Source: Eubacteriales bacterium
Lineage (GTDB): Bacteria; Bacillota; Clostridia; Oscillospirales; CAG-272
Direction: 5' to 3'
Length of the DNA stretch: 64,000 nt
Assembly: GCA_045653705.1 (NCBI GenBank)
Contig: JAZOMG010000006.1
Location: forward strand, 25,972 to 89,971
Position numbers and translations under genes: made by a program
The notes under the pieces: model-generated
Database searches by the model: none
Told to the model about the DNA's origin: nothing
What the model saw: only the letters and a program-made list of their open reading frames with translations
In this document: piece by piece, positions 54,049 to 62,925 of the stretch
Position numbering within the stretch: position 1 is the stretch's first letter
Layout: the number at the start of each line of letters is the position of its first letter

Positions 54049-56280
54049 GTGACAGAAGCAGATAGAATATTTGACAGATTTCCGTCTTTCATACGTGAAT
54101 ATATTTATTCTCACTCTTGGGATAGTTTAAGACCTGTTCAGCTTGAAGCGGCGAAAACTATCTTTAATACGGAAAACAATCTGCTTTTGACGTCGGCTAC
54201 TGCCAGCGGAAAAACAGAAGCCGTTTTCTTTCCTATTCTCAGTGATATATGCGGCAGACCTGAAAACGGAATATCCGTTTTATATATCGCGCCGCTTAAA
54301 AGCTTGATAAACGACCAGTTTTTCAGAATAGAGGAGCTGCTTCGGGAAAGCGGTATAGCCGTTACTCATTGGCACGGAGACGTGTCGGCTTCCCAAAAGA
54401 AAAAGCTTTTAAAAAATCCCGAGGGTATATTGCAGATAACCCCCGAGTCATTGGAAGCGATGCTTATAAATCGTTCAAACGATATTCCCCGTATTTTTTC
54501 GGGCTTGCGTTATATCGTTATTGATGAGATACACTGTCTTACGGGAACCGACAGAGGAAATCAGATCATTTGTCAGCTAAACAGAATAGAGCGGCTTATA
54601 GGGTATTCTCCCCGGCGGATAGGTCTTTCCGCAACCGTCGGAAATCCCGAGCTGTCTGCAAAATGGCTTAGCGGCGGGTCCGACAGAAAAACCGATATTC
54701 CTATGTTTGATCAGGAAAAAATTAAATGGAGATTGGGACTTGAGCATTTCTTTATTCAAAACAAAAGCTTTGACCAAACCGCCCCGACAGTATCAAAGGG
54801 TCTTACCCCCGCGGCGGCTATGGATGCAGGGTATGAATATCTATACGATTGCGTAAAAGACAGAAAGTCCATAGTTTTTTCCAACTCCCGAGAAGAGACC
54901 GAATACGTATGCGCAACCCTCAGACAAATTGCGAAAAAGAGAAGTGATAAAGATGTTTTTCTTATTCATCACGGAAATCTGTCAGCCTCGCTACGAGAGG
55001 AAGCCGAGCTAAAAATGAAGAATGACGATAGCTTTGCCGTTACCTGCGCTACGTCAACCATGGAGCTTGGAATCGATATCGGCAGACTTGAACGCATTGC
55101 TCACGTTGATTTTCCCAACAGTGTTTCGGGATTTCTTCAGCGCCTCGGACGTTCGGGAAGAAGAGGGCAGCCCCCCGAGATGATGGCTGTATTCCGTGAG
55201 GAAGAGCCACTGCCTAACGCTCCGTTACCACAGCTTATTCCGTGGGATCTGATTCGCGCAATAGCCATTATTCAGCTTTATATTGAAGAACGCTTTGTTG
55301 AGCCGCCATCAAAAAAGCGGGAGCCCTTTAGCTTGCTGTTTCATCAAACACTTAGTGTTCTTGCCGCCTCGGGAGAGCTAAAAGCCGCTGCTCTCGCGGA
55401 GCGACTTCTTTCGCTTCCGCCTTTTGCCGACGTGTCAAGGGAAAAATATAAATCCTTACTTGTTTCGATGTTAAACAACGGTTTCTTGGAGATGACTGAG
55501 GAAAAAGGTCTTATTGTCGGTATGTCGGGAGAGCGATTGCTTAATAGCTTTAAGTTTTATGCCGTATTTAACGACAGCGAGGATTTTACCGTTAGGCGTG
55601 ATTCCGAAGAAATCGGCACAATAACAACACCGCCGCCCGTTGGTGACCGATTTGCTCTTGCGGGGCGTGTATGGGAAGTGTTAGAGCTTGACGTTCAAAG
55701 ACGACTCGTATACGTAAAGAGTGTTGAGGGTAAAATGGAAATATCGTGGCCGGGCGAATACGGAGAGATACACACTAGAATACTTGAGCGTATGAAGCTT
55801 GTATTGACGGAGAACGTTGATTATCCGTATCTTAAGGACAATGCAAGACATAGACTTCAAATCGCAAGACGTGTGTTTGAAAACGCGGGAATATCGCATA
55901 GCCCTGTTGTGCATTTGGGCGGATATACATGGTGCTTGTTCCCGTGGCTAGGAACAAGAAGCTTTCGCGCTATGCGGAAAGCCCTTGGGCGAATTTCTAC
56001 CGATTTTGGTATTTCGGGTATGGATTACGAGGGTTGTTATTATATAAAATTCCGTATGGAGCAGGGAACGCCCAAAGAGCTTCTTATGCGTCTTGACGCG
56101 GAATTTGAAGCTGTTGGAGATAACGTGCAGCTTCTTGTTGGGAAATCCGAGCTGCCGATATTTGAAAAATACGACAGATATATTCCCGCTGAACTTTTAA
56201 GAAGCTCCTATGCAGTAGACAAATTGAACGCCTTTGAAGCCCGAGGCAGAGTGGCAGAGATGCTTGAAAAATATCAATAA
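54049..56280 (+). CDS. Lhr-like superfamily-2 DEAD/DEAH-box helicase with a long C-terminal extension (Shango SngC-like)
   Basis: 743 aa, GTG start with AAGGAGA 6 nt upstream. Motif I ATASGKTEA, Ia YIAPLKSL, II DEIH, III SAT, VI QRLGRSGRRG. About 330 aa of non-core C-terminus. Confidence 0.8.
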   Translation: MTEADRIFDRFPSFIREYIYSHSWDSLRPVQLEAAKTIFNTENNLLLTSATASGKTEAVFFPILSDICGRPENGISVLYIAPLKSLINDQFFRIEELLRESGIAVTHWHGDVSASQKKKLLKNPEGILQITPESLEAMLINRSNDIPRIFSGLRYIVIDEIHCLTGTDRGNQIICQLNRIERLIGYSPRRIGLSATVGNPELSAKWLSGGSDRKTDIPMFDQEKIKWRLGLEHFFIQNKSFDQTAPTVSKGLTPAAAMDAGYEYLYDCVKDRKSIVFSNSREETEYVCATLRQIAKKRSDKDVFLIHHGNLSASLREEAELKMKNDDSFAVTCATSTMELGIDIGRLERIAHVDFPNSVSGFLQRLGRSGRRGQPPEMMAVFREEEPLPNAPLPQLIPWDLIRAIAIIQLYIEERFVEPPSKKREPFSLLFHQTLSVLAASGELKAAALAERLLSLPPFADVSREKYKSLLVSMLNNGFLEMTEEKGLIVGMSGERLLNSFKFYAVFNDSEDFTVRRDSEEIGTITTPPPVGDRFALAGRVWEVLELDVQRRLVYVKSVEGKMEISWPGEYGEIHTRILERMKLVLTENVDYPYLKDNARHRLQIARRVFENAGISHSPVVHLGGYTWCLFPWLGTRSFRAMRKALGRISTDFGISGMDYEGCYYIKFRMEQGTPKELLMRLDAEFEAVGDNVQLLVGKSELPIFEKYDRYIPAELLRSSYAVDKLNAFEARGRVAEMLEKYQ

Positions 56281-56326
56281 TGTCGAAATGCACAAAAAAA
56301 TAAAGTTTTATTGTGCAAAATATATA

Positions 56327-56355
56327 TTGACATTTTTTGCAAAAAAGAGTAATAT
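56327..56355 (+). promoter_or_regulatory. Sigma-A promoter of the ilvA T-box leader
   Basis: TTGACA (56327-56332), 17 nt spacer, TAATAT (56350-56355). Confidence 0.6.
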
Positions 56356-56361
56356 TATATG

Positions 56362-56612
56362 TGCAATGATAGGGAGCGGTGAAAACGTACGCTTTTCAGA
56401 GAGCTGTTGGTCGGTGCGAAGCAGTAAGCGCTTTTTTACTAAATCACCCTTGAGCTTGCTGTCGATAGTCGCTGACAGGTAGAACAGCACGTATTTCTGC
56501 GTTAAAGAATGGTGTATGAAAGTACAGAGAGGTCTGCAAATTGCGGACAAAAAGAGTGGTACCGCGGAGTTATACCTTCGTCTCTTAGATAAATGAGAGA
56601 CGAAGGTTTTTT
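56362..56612 (+). promoter_or_regulatory. T-box riboswitch leader, Ile specifier (AUC), upstream of ilvA-ridA
   Basis: AGAGAG box, distal loop GGUGCGAA, specifier ..AAAUCA.. closed by GGG/CCC, T-box sequence AAAGAGUGGUACCGCGG (56551-56567), and terminator ACCUUCGUCUCU-N9-GAGAGACGAAGGU plus U6 (56574-56612). Confidence 0.85.
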
Positions 56613-56654
56613 GTTTTAAACTATGTAAATTTATGTAAGTGAAAGGAAGAAAAA

Positions 56655-57851
56655 ATGCTTACTCTTGATAAAATCTATCACGCCGCGTTTGTTTTAAAAA
56701 ACGTGGTTCGGGAAACGACCTTGATCCCATCTCCAAAATTAAATCCTAGCTGTAAGAACGTTTATCTTAAAACGGAAAATTTACAGCTCACAGGCTCTTT
56801 TAAGGTAAGAGGCGCGGGATATATGATATCTCAGCTGACAGAAGAGGAAAAGGCAAGAGGTGTTATTGCTTGCTCGGCGGGAAATCACGCGCAGGGCGTT
56901 GCGCTTGCCTCGCAGAAATACGGAATACGCTCTGTTATCTGTCTGCCGGAGGGCGCACCTATATCCAAGGTCGAGGCTACCAAGAGCTACGGAGCTGAGG
57001 TGGTTATGGTCAAGGGCGTATATGATGACGCGTACAACCACGCTTTAAAACTCAGAGACGAAATGGGATATACCTTTGTTCATCCCTTTGATGACGAAAA
57101 CGTTATTGCGGGTCAGGGAACTAACGGACTTGAGCTGCTCAATCAATGCGGCGATCTCGACGCTGTTGTAGTACCGATAGGCGGTGGCGGACTTATCTCG
57201 GGTGTTGCTTATGCGATAAAAATGTTAGCGCCTCATATTAAGGTTTACGGCGTTCAGGCTGCCGGCGCTCCGAGTATGAAAAACTCGGTAAAGGACGGCA
57301 AGATAGAGAGACTTAATTCTGTTTCTACTATTGCCGACGGTATTGCTGTAAAGCAACCCGGTGAAAATACCTTTAAATTCTGCTCGGAATACGTTGACGA
57401 GATAGTTACGGTTACCGAGGATGAGATATCCTCCGCTATTCTTGCCCTTATAGAACAGCACAAGATGATAGCAGAGGGCGCAGGCGCTGTGGCTGTGGCG
57501 GCGGTAATGTTTAACAAGCTCCCCATAAAGGGCAAAAACGTAGCCTGTGTGGTCTCGGGCGGTAATATTGACGTTACAATACTTTCGAGAGTAATGGAGC
57601 GCGGTCTGCTAAAATCGGGCAGAACATGTAATCTCTGCATAGAGCTTATGGATAAGCCCGGACAGCTCAGAGACGTTTCGAGTATCATAGCTTCGTTGGG
57701 AGCAAACGTAATATCGGTACACCACGAACGCGCAAGTGAAACTACCGATATAAACGGATGCTTCTTGAGAATTGTTCTTGAGACAAGGGATTATGAGCAT
57801 ATACAGCTTATTACGTCCACGCTTACAGATGCGGGATTCCATCTCGTATAA
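56655..57851 (+). CDS. ilvA: Threonine ammonia-lyase (biosynthetic threonine dehydratase, single ACT-like C-terminal domain)
   Basis: 398 aa. PLP-Lys motif GSFKVRGA, SAGNHAQG, GGGGLISG, and a C-terminal regulatory domain. Confidence 0.9.
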   Translation: MLTLDKIYHAAFVLKNVVRETTLIPSPKLNPSCKNVYLKTENLQLTGSFKVRGAGYMISQLTEEEKARGVIACSAGNHAQGVALASQKYGIRSVICLPEGAPISKVEATKSYGAEVVMVKGVYDDAYNHALKLRDEMGYTFVHPFDDENVIAGQGTNGLELLNQCGDLDAVVVPIGGGGLISGVAYAIKMLAPHIKVYGVQAAGAPSMKNSVKDGKIERLNSVSTIADGIAVKQPGENTFKFCSEYVDEIVTVTEDEISSAILALIEQHKMIAEGAGAVAVAAVMFNKLPIKGKNVACVVSGGNIDVTILSRVMERGLLKSGRTCNLCIELMDKPGQLRDVSSIIASLGANVISVHHERASETTDINGCFLRIVLETRDYEHIQLITSTLTDAGFHLV

Positions 57852-57878
57852 ATACATAAAACACAAAGGAGAACAAAA

Positions 57879-58250
57879 ATGGAAAAAGTATATACAAAAA
57901 ACGCTCCCGATGCAATCGGTCCTTACTCACAGGCAGTTGTTTGCGGTAATATGGTTTTTACCTCGGGGCAGATAGCGATTGATCCTGCTGACGGGGCTGT
58001 TCACGCAGTAACTATCGAGGATCAGACTGAGCAGGTTTGTAAGAACTTGTCAGAGGTACTTAAGGCGGCGGGAACGTCTATTGATAAGGCTGTAAAAACT
58101 ACGTGCTTTTTGGCGAATATGAGCGACTTTGCCGCATTTAACGAGGTATACGGCAAGTACTTCACCCAAAAGCCCGCAAGATCTTGTGTTGCCGCTAAAG
58201 AGCTTCCTCGCGGTGTGCTTGTTGAAGTAGAGGTTATCGCTGAGCTTTAA
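57879..58250 (+). CDS. ridA: RidA family reactive enamine/imine deaminase
   Basis: 123 aa. The YjgF/RidA pattern is seen (APDAIGPYSQAV, FTSGQI, PARSCV, VEVEVIA). Confidence 0.9.
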   Translation: MEKVYTKNAPDAIGPYSQAVVCGNMVFTSGQIAIDPADGAVHAVTIEDQTEQVCKNLSEVLKAAGTSIDKAVKTTCFLANMSDFAAFNEVYGKYFTQKPARSCVAAKELPRGVLVEVEVIAEL

Positions 58251-58332
58251 TGGCTGAAATGTATTGAATTTTCGACACTTTTATAAAAAAATTGTGCAGA
58301 TTTGATAATTATGAAATTATTAAAAAATTCTC

Positions 58333-58361
58333 TTGACAAAGCTCGTATTTCGTGATAGAAT
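58333..58361 (+). promoter_or_regulatory. Sigma-A promoter of the ilvBNC T-box leader
   Basis: TTGACA (58333-58338), 17 nt spacer, TAGAAT (58356-58361), with an extended -10 TG at 58353-58354. Confidence 0.65.
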
Positions 58362-58367
58362 ATTTAC

Positions 58368-58652
58368 ATATTTATTAAAGCGTTATTAAGGGGAATCAGT
58401 AGTAGAGGTAACATTTACAGAAAGCCGATGGTCGATGGAAATCGGTAATGCGATTCTATGAATCTCCTCCCCGAGCTTCCCATTGAAGACCGATTGGTTG
58501 AGTAGATGTGGACGGAAAGCCACCGTTATCGTAGGCTGTCTTACTGATTGGTAAGTTTTGAGGGGCTGATTTTTTTCAGCAACAAGAGTGGTACCGCAGA
58601 GTGTCAATGACCTTTGTCTCTTAAATGTGATTAAGAGATAAAGGTCTTTTTT
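58368..58652 (+). promoter_or_regulatory. T-box riboswitch leader, probable Leu specifier (CUC), upstream of ilvB-ilvN-ilvC
   Basis: AGAAAG box, specifier-loop region ..GAAUCUCCUCCCC with GGGGA/UCCCC closing the stem, T-box sequence CAAGAGUGGUACCGCAG (58583-58599), and terminator GACCUUUGUCUCUUAA-N6-UUAAGAGAUAAAGGUC plus U6 (58609-58652). Confidence 0.8.
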
Positions 58653-58691
58653 GATATTATTCCCGACGGAGTCGGAAAAAGGAGTGATTAA

Positions 58692-60353
58692 ATGATTTTA
58701 AACGGTTCTGAAATTCTCGTAAACGTTCTTATGGAACAGGGCGTGGATACCGTGTTCGGTTATCCCGGGGGCGCAGTGCTTAACATTTATGATGCGTTGT
58801 ATAAGTATAAGGATAAAATCACGCATTATATGACAGCACACGAGCAGGGCGCTGCTCACGCCGCGGACGGATATGCAAGATCCACAGGAAAAACGGGCGT
58901 TGTTATCGCCACAAGCGGTCCCGGCGCTACAAACCTTGTAACAGGTATTGCTACCGCATATATGGACAGTGTTCCTATGGTGGCTATAACAGGAAACGTT
59001 CCAACACCTCTTATTGGATGCGATAGCTTCCAAGAGGTTTACATAGCGGGTATTACAATGCCCATAACCAAGCATAATTTCGTGGTACGTAAGGTAGATG
59101 ACCTTGCCGATACGCTGAGAGATGCGTTTAGAATCGCATCCAGCGGCAGACCCGGACCTGTTCTTGTTGATATCCCCAAGGATGTTACGGCTAATAAAAC
59201 AACTTACGTGCCCGCACCGTCTCCTGTTCAAAAGGAAATGCCTACTCACGTTGTAGGTGATGTTGAGGAAATTGCAGACCTTATTAACAAGGCAGAGCGT
59301 CCTTTCGTTTACTTTGGCGGCGGAGTTCGTTTGTCGGGAGCGTCGGAAGAGCTCAGAGAACTGTTGCTTACAGCCGATATTCCTGCGGCGTATACCCTTA
59401 TGGCGGCAGGAGCGCTTAAATACGGAGAGAAGCAAAATCTCGGTTTGCTTGGAATGCACGGATGCTATTCGGCAAATTGCGCGGCAAACAGAGCGGACGT
59501 TATGATAGCCATCGGAACTCGCTTTAGTGACCGAGTTGCTTTGAATACAACCAAGTTCGGTCACAATGCTAAGATAATCCATATTGATATTGATTCCGTT
59601 GAGATAAATAAAAACATCATAGCGGATTATAGCATCATAGGTGACGTAAAGGCGGTTCTCAAAGAGCTGATGCAGTACATAAAGCCTGCCGACCGTTCCG
59701 ATTGGTTTGAGCAGATAGAAAAATGGAAAGCTGATGATTATCACCCCGAGGATTGCGAAACGGCATTGCGTCCCCATCAGGTTATAGAAACCGCTTGTGA
59801 AATAGCAGGAGAGGATGCAATATTTGTTACGGATGTCGGACAGCATCAAATGTGGGCGGCTCAATATTTACACCACGTAAAGCCTAAGAGCTTCCTTACA
59901 AGCGGCGGTCTTGGTACTATGGGCTACGGATATGGAGCGGCAATAGGCGCTCAGATAGCAAATCCGGATGTACCCGTTGTTCATTTCACGTCCGACGGCT
60001 CGCTTCATATGAATATGAATGAGCTTTGTACCGCTGTCAGCTACAAGGTTCCGGTTATTACTGTTATAATGAATAATGCGGTGCTCGGTATGGTTCGTCA
60101 GTGGCAGGGCGTGTTCTACGGAAGACGGTTCTCATCAAGCGAGCCTGAGCGCGTTACCGATTACGTTAAGGTTGCCGAAGCCTTTGGAGCAGTCGGCTTC
60201 CGCTGTACGACCCCCGCTGAATTTGAAGCAGCGATGAAAAAGGCAATGACCGTAGGCGGTCCTGTTTGGATAGAGTGCGTAATAGACCGAGAAGAAAAGG
60301 TTCTTCCTATGATACCCGCAGGCGGAACTGTTCACGATACTATGTTTAACTAA
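58692..60353 (+). CDS. ilvB: Acetolactate synthase (biosynthetic), large subunit
   Basis: 553 aa. ThDP enzyme (GYPGGA, EQGAAHAADGYAR, GLGTMGYG, SDGS..MN..EL). Confidence 0.9.
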   Translation: MILNGSEILVNVLMEQGVDTVFGYPGGAVLNIYDALYKYKDKITHYMTAHEQGAAHAADGYARSTGKTGVVIATSGPGATNLVTGIATAYMDSVPMVAITGNVPTPLIGCDSFQEVYIAGITMPITKHNFVVRKVDDLADTLRDAFRIASSGRPGPVLVDIPKDVTANKTTYVPAPSPVQKEMPTHVVGDVEEIADLINKAERPFVYFGGGVRLSGASEELRELLLTADIPAAYTLMAAGALKYGEKQNLGLLGMHGCYSANCAANRADVMIAIGTRFSDRVALNTTKFGHNAKIIHIDIDSVEINKNIIADYSIIGDVKAVLKELMQYIKPADRSDWFEQIEKWKADDYHPEDCETALRPHQVIETACEIAGEDAIFVTDVGQHQMWAAQYLHHVKPKSFLTSGGLGTMGYGYGAAIGAQIANPDVPVVHFTSDGSLHMNMNELCTAVSYKVPVITVIMNNAVLGMVRQWQGVFYGRRFSSSEPERVTDYVKVAEAFGAVGFRCTTPAEFEAAMKKAMTVGGPVWIECVIDREEKVLPMIPAGGTVHDTMFN

Positions 60354-60365
60354 GGAGAATCGAAA

Positions 60366-60863
60366 ATGAAAAAACAGTGTATGGTGATTCTTGTTGAAAA
60401 TAATTCGGGTGTTCTTGCGCGCGTATCGTCTTTGTTTATGCAGCGTGGCTTCAACATTGATTCCTTGACGGTTTCATCAACAGAAAATCCTAAAATATCA
60501 AGAATAACGGTTATGACAACCGGAGACCAAAAGAACTTCAGTCAGATATTGAAGCAAACGGGTAAGCTGATAGAAACAAAAATGATATTCTCGGTAGAGC
60601 CGTCATTCAGCCTTATAAGAGAGCTTCTCTTAGTAAAGTTTTCAACCGAGCATATAGACGTATCGGTGCTGAAAAAGCTTATTGATAGCTTTGGAGCTAA
60701 TATAATCGATATTACCAACGGGTGCTTTGTTGCGGAGCTTTCAGCGTCTACCCAGAAGATAGACGATTTCCTTGAAGCGACCAAGGAATATGAAATGATT
60801 GAAATGTGCCGTTCGGGCGCCATAGCTATGGAACGCGGCAAGGTTTCATACGACATTAACTGA
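60366..60863 (+). CDS. ilvN: Acetolactate synthase small (regulatory) subunit
   Basis: 165 aa. ACT domain (LVENNSGVLARVSSLFMQRGFNIDSL) plus the ALS_ss_C region. Confidence 0.9.
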   Translation: MKKQCMVILVENNSGVLARVSSLFMQRGFNIDSLTVSSTENPKISRITVMTTGDQKNFSQILKQTGKLIETKMIFSVEPSFSLIRELLLVKFSTEHIDVSVLKKLIDSFGANIIDITNGCFVAELSASTQKIDDFLEATKEYEMIEMCRSGAIAMERGKVSYDIN

Positions 60864-60901
60864 AAAAATTAAATTTTACATAATTCAAAGGAGAACAAAA
60901 A

Positions 60902-61912
60902 ATGATTACTAAGTACTATGATTCTGATTGCAACCTCGGACTTCTCGACGGCAAGACAGTTGCCGTTATCGGATTTGGAAGCCAAGGACACGCTCACTCC
61001 ATGAACCTCGCAGAGAGCGGATGTAACGTTGTTGTCGGTCTTCGCAAGGGAAGCGGACACTGGCAGAAGGCTGCTGATTTCGCGGCTACACATCCTAACT
61101 TCAAGGTTATGGAGGTTGAGGATGCGGCTAAGGCTGCTGACCTCGTTATGATGCTCGTTCCCGATGAGCTTGCCGCTGACATCTACAACAAGCAGGTAGC
61201 TCCTCATATGAAGGACGGCGACGTTCTTATGTTCGCTCACGGCTTCAATATTCATTTCAATTTCATTCAGCCTGCTAAGAACATAGACGTTATAATGGTT
61301 GCTCCCAAGGGACCCGGACACACTGTAAGAAGCCAGTATCAAGAGGGCAAGGGTGTTCCCAGCCTTATCGCGGTACATCAGGATTACACAGGTAAGGCTA
61401 AGGAATATGCGCTTGCATACGCTTCCGGAATCGGCGCGGGCAGAGCAGGTATTCTTGAAACATCCTTCCGTGAGGAGACCGAGACCGACCTCTTCGGTGA
61501 GCAGGCAGTTCTTTGCGGCGGTGTTACCGAGCTTATGAAGGCAGGCTTTGATACTCTTGTTGAAGCTGGCTATGAGCCCGAAATGGCTTACTTCGAGTGT
61601 ATCCACGAAATGAAGCTTATCGTTGACCTTATTAACAACGGCGGCTTTGCAATGATGAGATACTCCATCTCCAACACAGCGGAGTACGGCGATTACAGAA
61701 CAGGTAAGCGTCTTGTTACCGAGGAAACTCGCAAGGAAATGAAAAAGGTTCTTTCCGAAATTCAGGACGGCACGTTCGCTTCCGAGTTTATGCAGGAATT
61801 CTCGGCAGGAAGAAAGGCTAAGTTCCTTGCTACCCGCCGTAAGGAAAGCGAGCATCAGCTCGAAAAGACAGGTGCTGAGCTTCGTCAGATGATGAGCTGG
61901 CTGAAAAAGTAA
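60902..61912 (+). CDS. ilvC: Ketol-acid reductoisomerase (class I)
   Basis: 336 aa. [40 protein letters not shown]. Confidence 0.95.
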   Translation: MITKYYDSDCNLGLLDGKTVAVIGFGSQGHAHSMNLAESGCNVVVGLRKGSGHWQKAADFAATHPNFKVMEVEDAAKAADLVMMLVPDELAADIYNKQVAPHMKDGDVLMFAHGFNIHFNFIQPAKNIDVIMVAPKGPGHTVRSQYQEGKGVPSLIAVHQDYTGKAKEYALAYASGIGAGRAGILETSFREETETDLFGEQAVLCGGVTELMKAGFDTLVEAGYEPEMAYFECIHEMKLIVDLINNGGFAMMRYSISNTAEYGDYRTGKRLVTEETRKEMKKVLSEIQDGTFASEFMQEFSAGRKAKFLATRRKESEHQLEKTGAELRQMMSWLKK

Positions 61913-61922
61913 TTAGTAAATA

Positions 61923-61962
61923 AAATTCGGGGAGATATTCCAACGAATTCTCCCCGAATTTA
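61923..61962 (+). other. 13-bp hairpin between ilvC and coaX (weak terminator or processing site)
   Basis: AAATTCGGGGAGA-N14-TCTCCCCGAATTT followed only by ATAAGG, with no real U-tract. Confidence 0.4.
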
Positions 61963-61974
61963 TAAGGAGAGCTT

Positions 61975-62772
61975 ATGTTGCTTGCGGTCAATATCGGAAA
62001 TTCAAGGATATCTGTCGGGGTATTTGATACAAACGGAGAGCTTTGTTGCCGTTATAAAATATCGACCGATAATAATAAAACCGCTGATGAGTATTCATCG
62101 TTAATTCGCTCCGTATTTTCCGAGCGAGGATTTGACGTGGCTAGGATAAATTTCGTTATCCTTTCTTCGGTCGTACCCCAGTTGACCTCAACCGTAACCG
62201 ACGCATTGTGTCAGGTTACAGAAAAAAGCCCCCTTATAGTAGGACCCGGAGTTAAAACAGGTTATTCAATTAAAATCGATAATCCGTCGGAGCTGGGCGG
62301 AGATATCGTTGCTAATACCGCCGCTGTTATAGGTCGGCAAAAAAGTGAATACGGTCAAGCATTTCCGTCGGTCATAGTTGATATGAATACGGTAACAACA
62401 GTATCTGCGGTAAATAAGAACGGCGAATTTATCGGGTGTTCTATTTTTCCCGGCGTGCAGATGTCCTTTGACGCTATGCACGGAAATACGGCATTGCTTC
62501 CCAACGTTATGCTTTCTTCTCCTCAGAGAGCAATCGGCAGAAGCTCGCAAGAGTCTGTCCGTTCGGGAGTTATATTCGGAAATGCGTTTGCCCTTGATGG
62601 CTTTGTGTATAAATTCGCAAAGGAAATGAAGTGCAGACCGGAGGAGCTGAATTTGACAATTACAGGCGAATATGCCAAGAGCGTCTTAGATGTATGTAAT
62701 TCTAGTTTTTCATATGACGAAAACTTAACGCTCAAAGGCTTGTATTATATTTACCTTAACAATAAAAAATAA
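61975..62772 (+). CDS. coaX: Type III pantothenate kinase
   Basis: 265 aa. MLLAVNIGNSRISVGVF (ASKHA phosphate-1 motif) and VDMNTVTT. CoaX-like length. Confidence 0.85.
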   Translation: MLLAVNIGNSRISVGVFDTNGELCCRYKISTDNNKTADEYSSLIRSVFSERGFDVARINFVILSSVVPQLTSTVTDALCQVTEKSPLIVGPGVKTGYSIKIDNPSELGGDIVANTAAVIGRQKSEYGQAFPSVIVDMNTVTTVSAVNKNGEFIGCSIFPGVQMSFDAMHGNTALLPNVMLSSPQRAIGRSSQESVRSGVIFGNAFALDGFVYKFAKEMKCRPEELNLTITGEYAKSVLDVCNSSFSYDENLTLKGLYYIYLNNKK

Positions 62773-62925
62773 TAACGGTTATCCGATTATTATAATTTTT
62801 AAGCGCCGTACCCACAGCGGACGGCAGCATCGGGTGAAAGTCCCGAGAAAGGGAACAGTTATGTTCAAAAAACATCTTATTGAGACAGCACATATGGCTG
62901 TACTTATGAAAGTTGAGGTAGAAAA

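Noticed and set aside
58698-61855. Minus-strand ORFs of 388 aa (58698-59864) and 328 aa (60869-61855)
   Set aside because: They are antisense to ilvB and ilvC respectively. The sense-strand homology is decisive.
62830-62860. GGGUGAAAGUCCCGAGAAAGGGAAC resembling the GGUGAAAxUCC core of FMN or cobalamin riboswitches
   Set aside because: The other obligatory elements are absent (the B12 box, and the FMN junction sequences such as AGCCCGCGA and GGAUGGGAGA), and the element is far too short. It is kept only as an unclassified leader.
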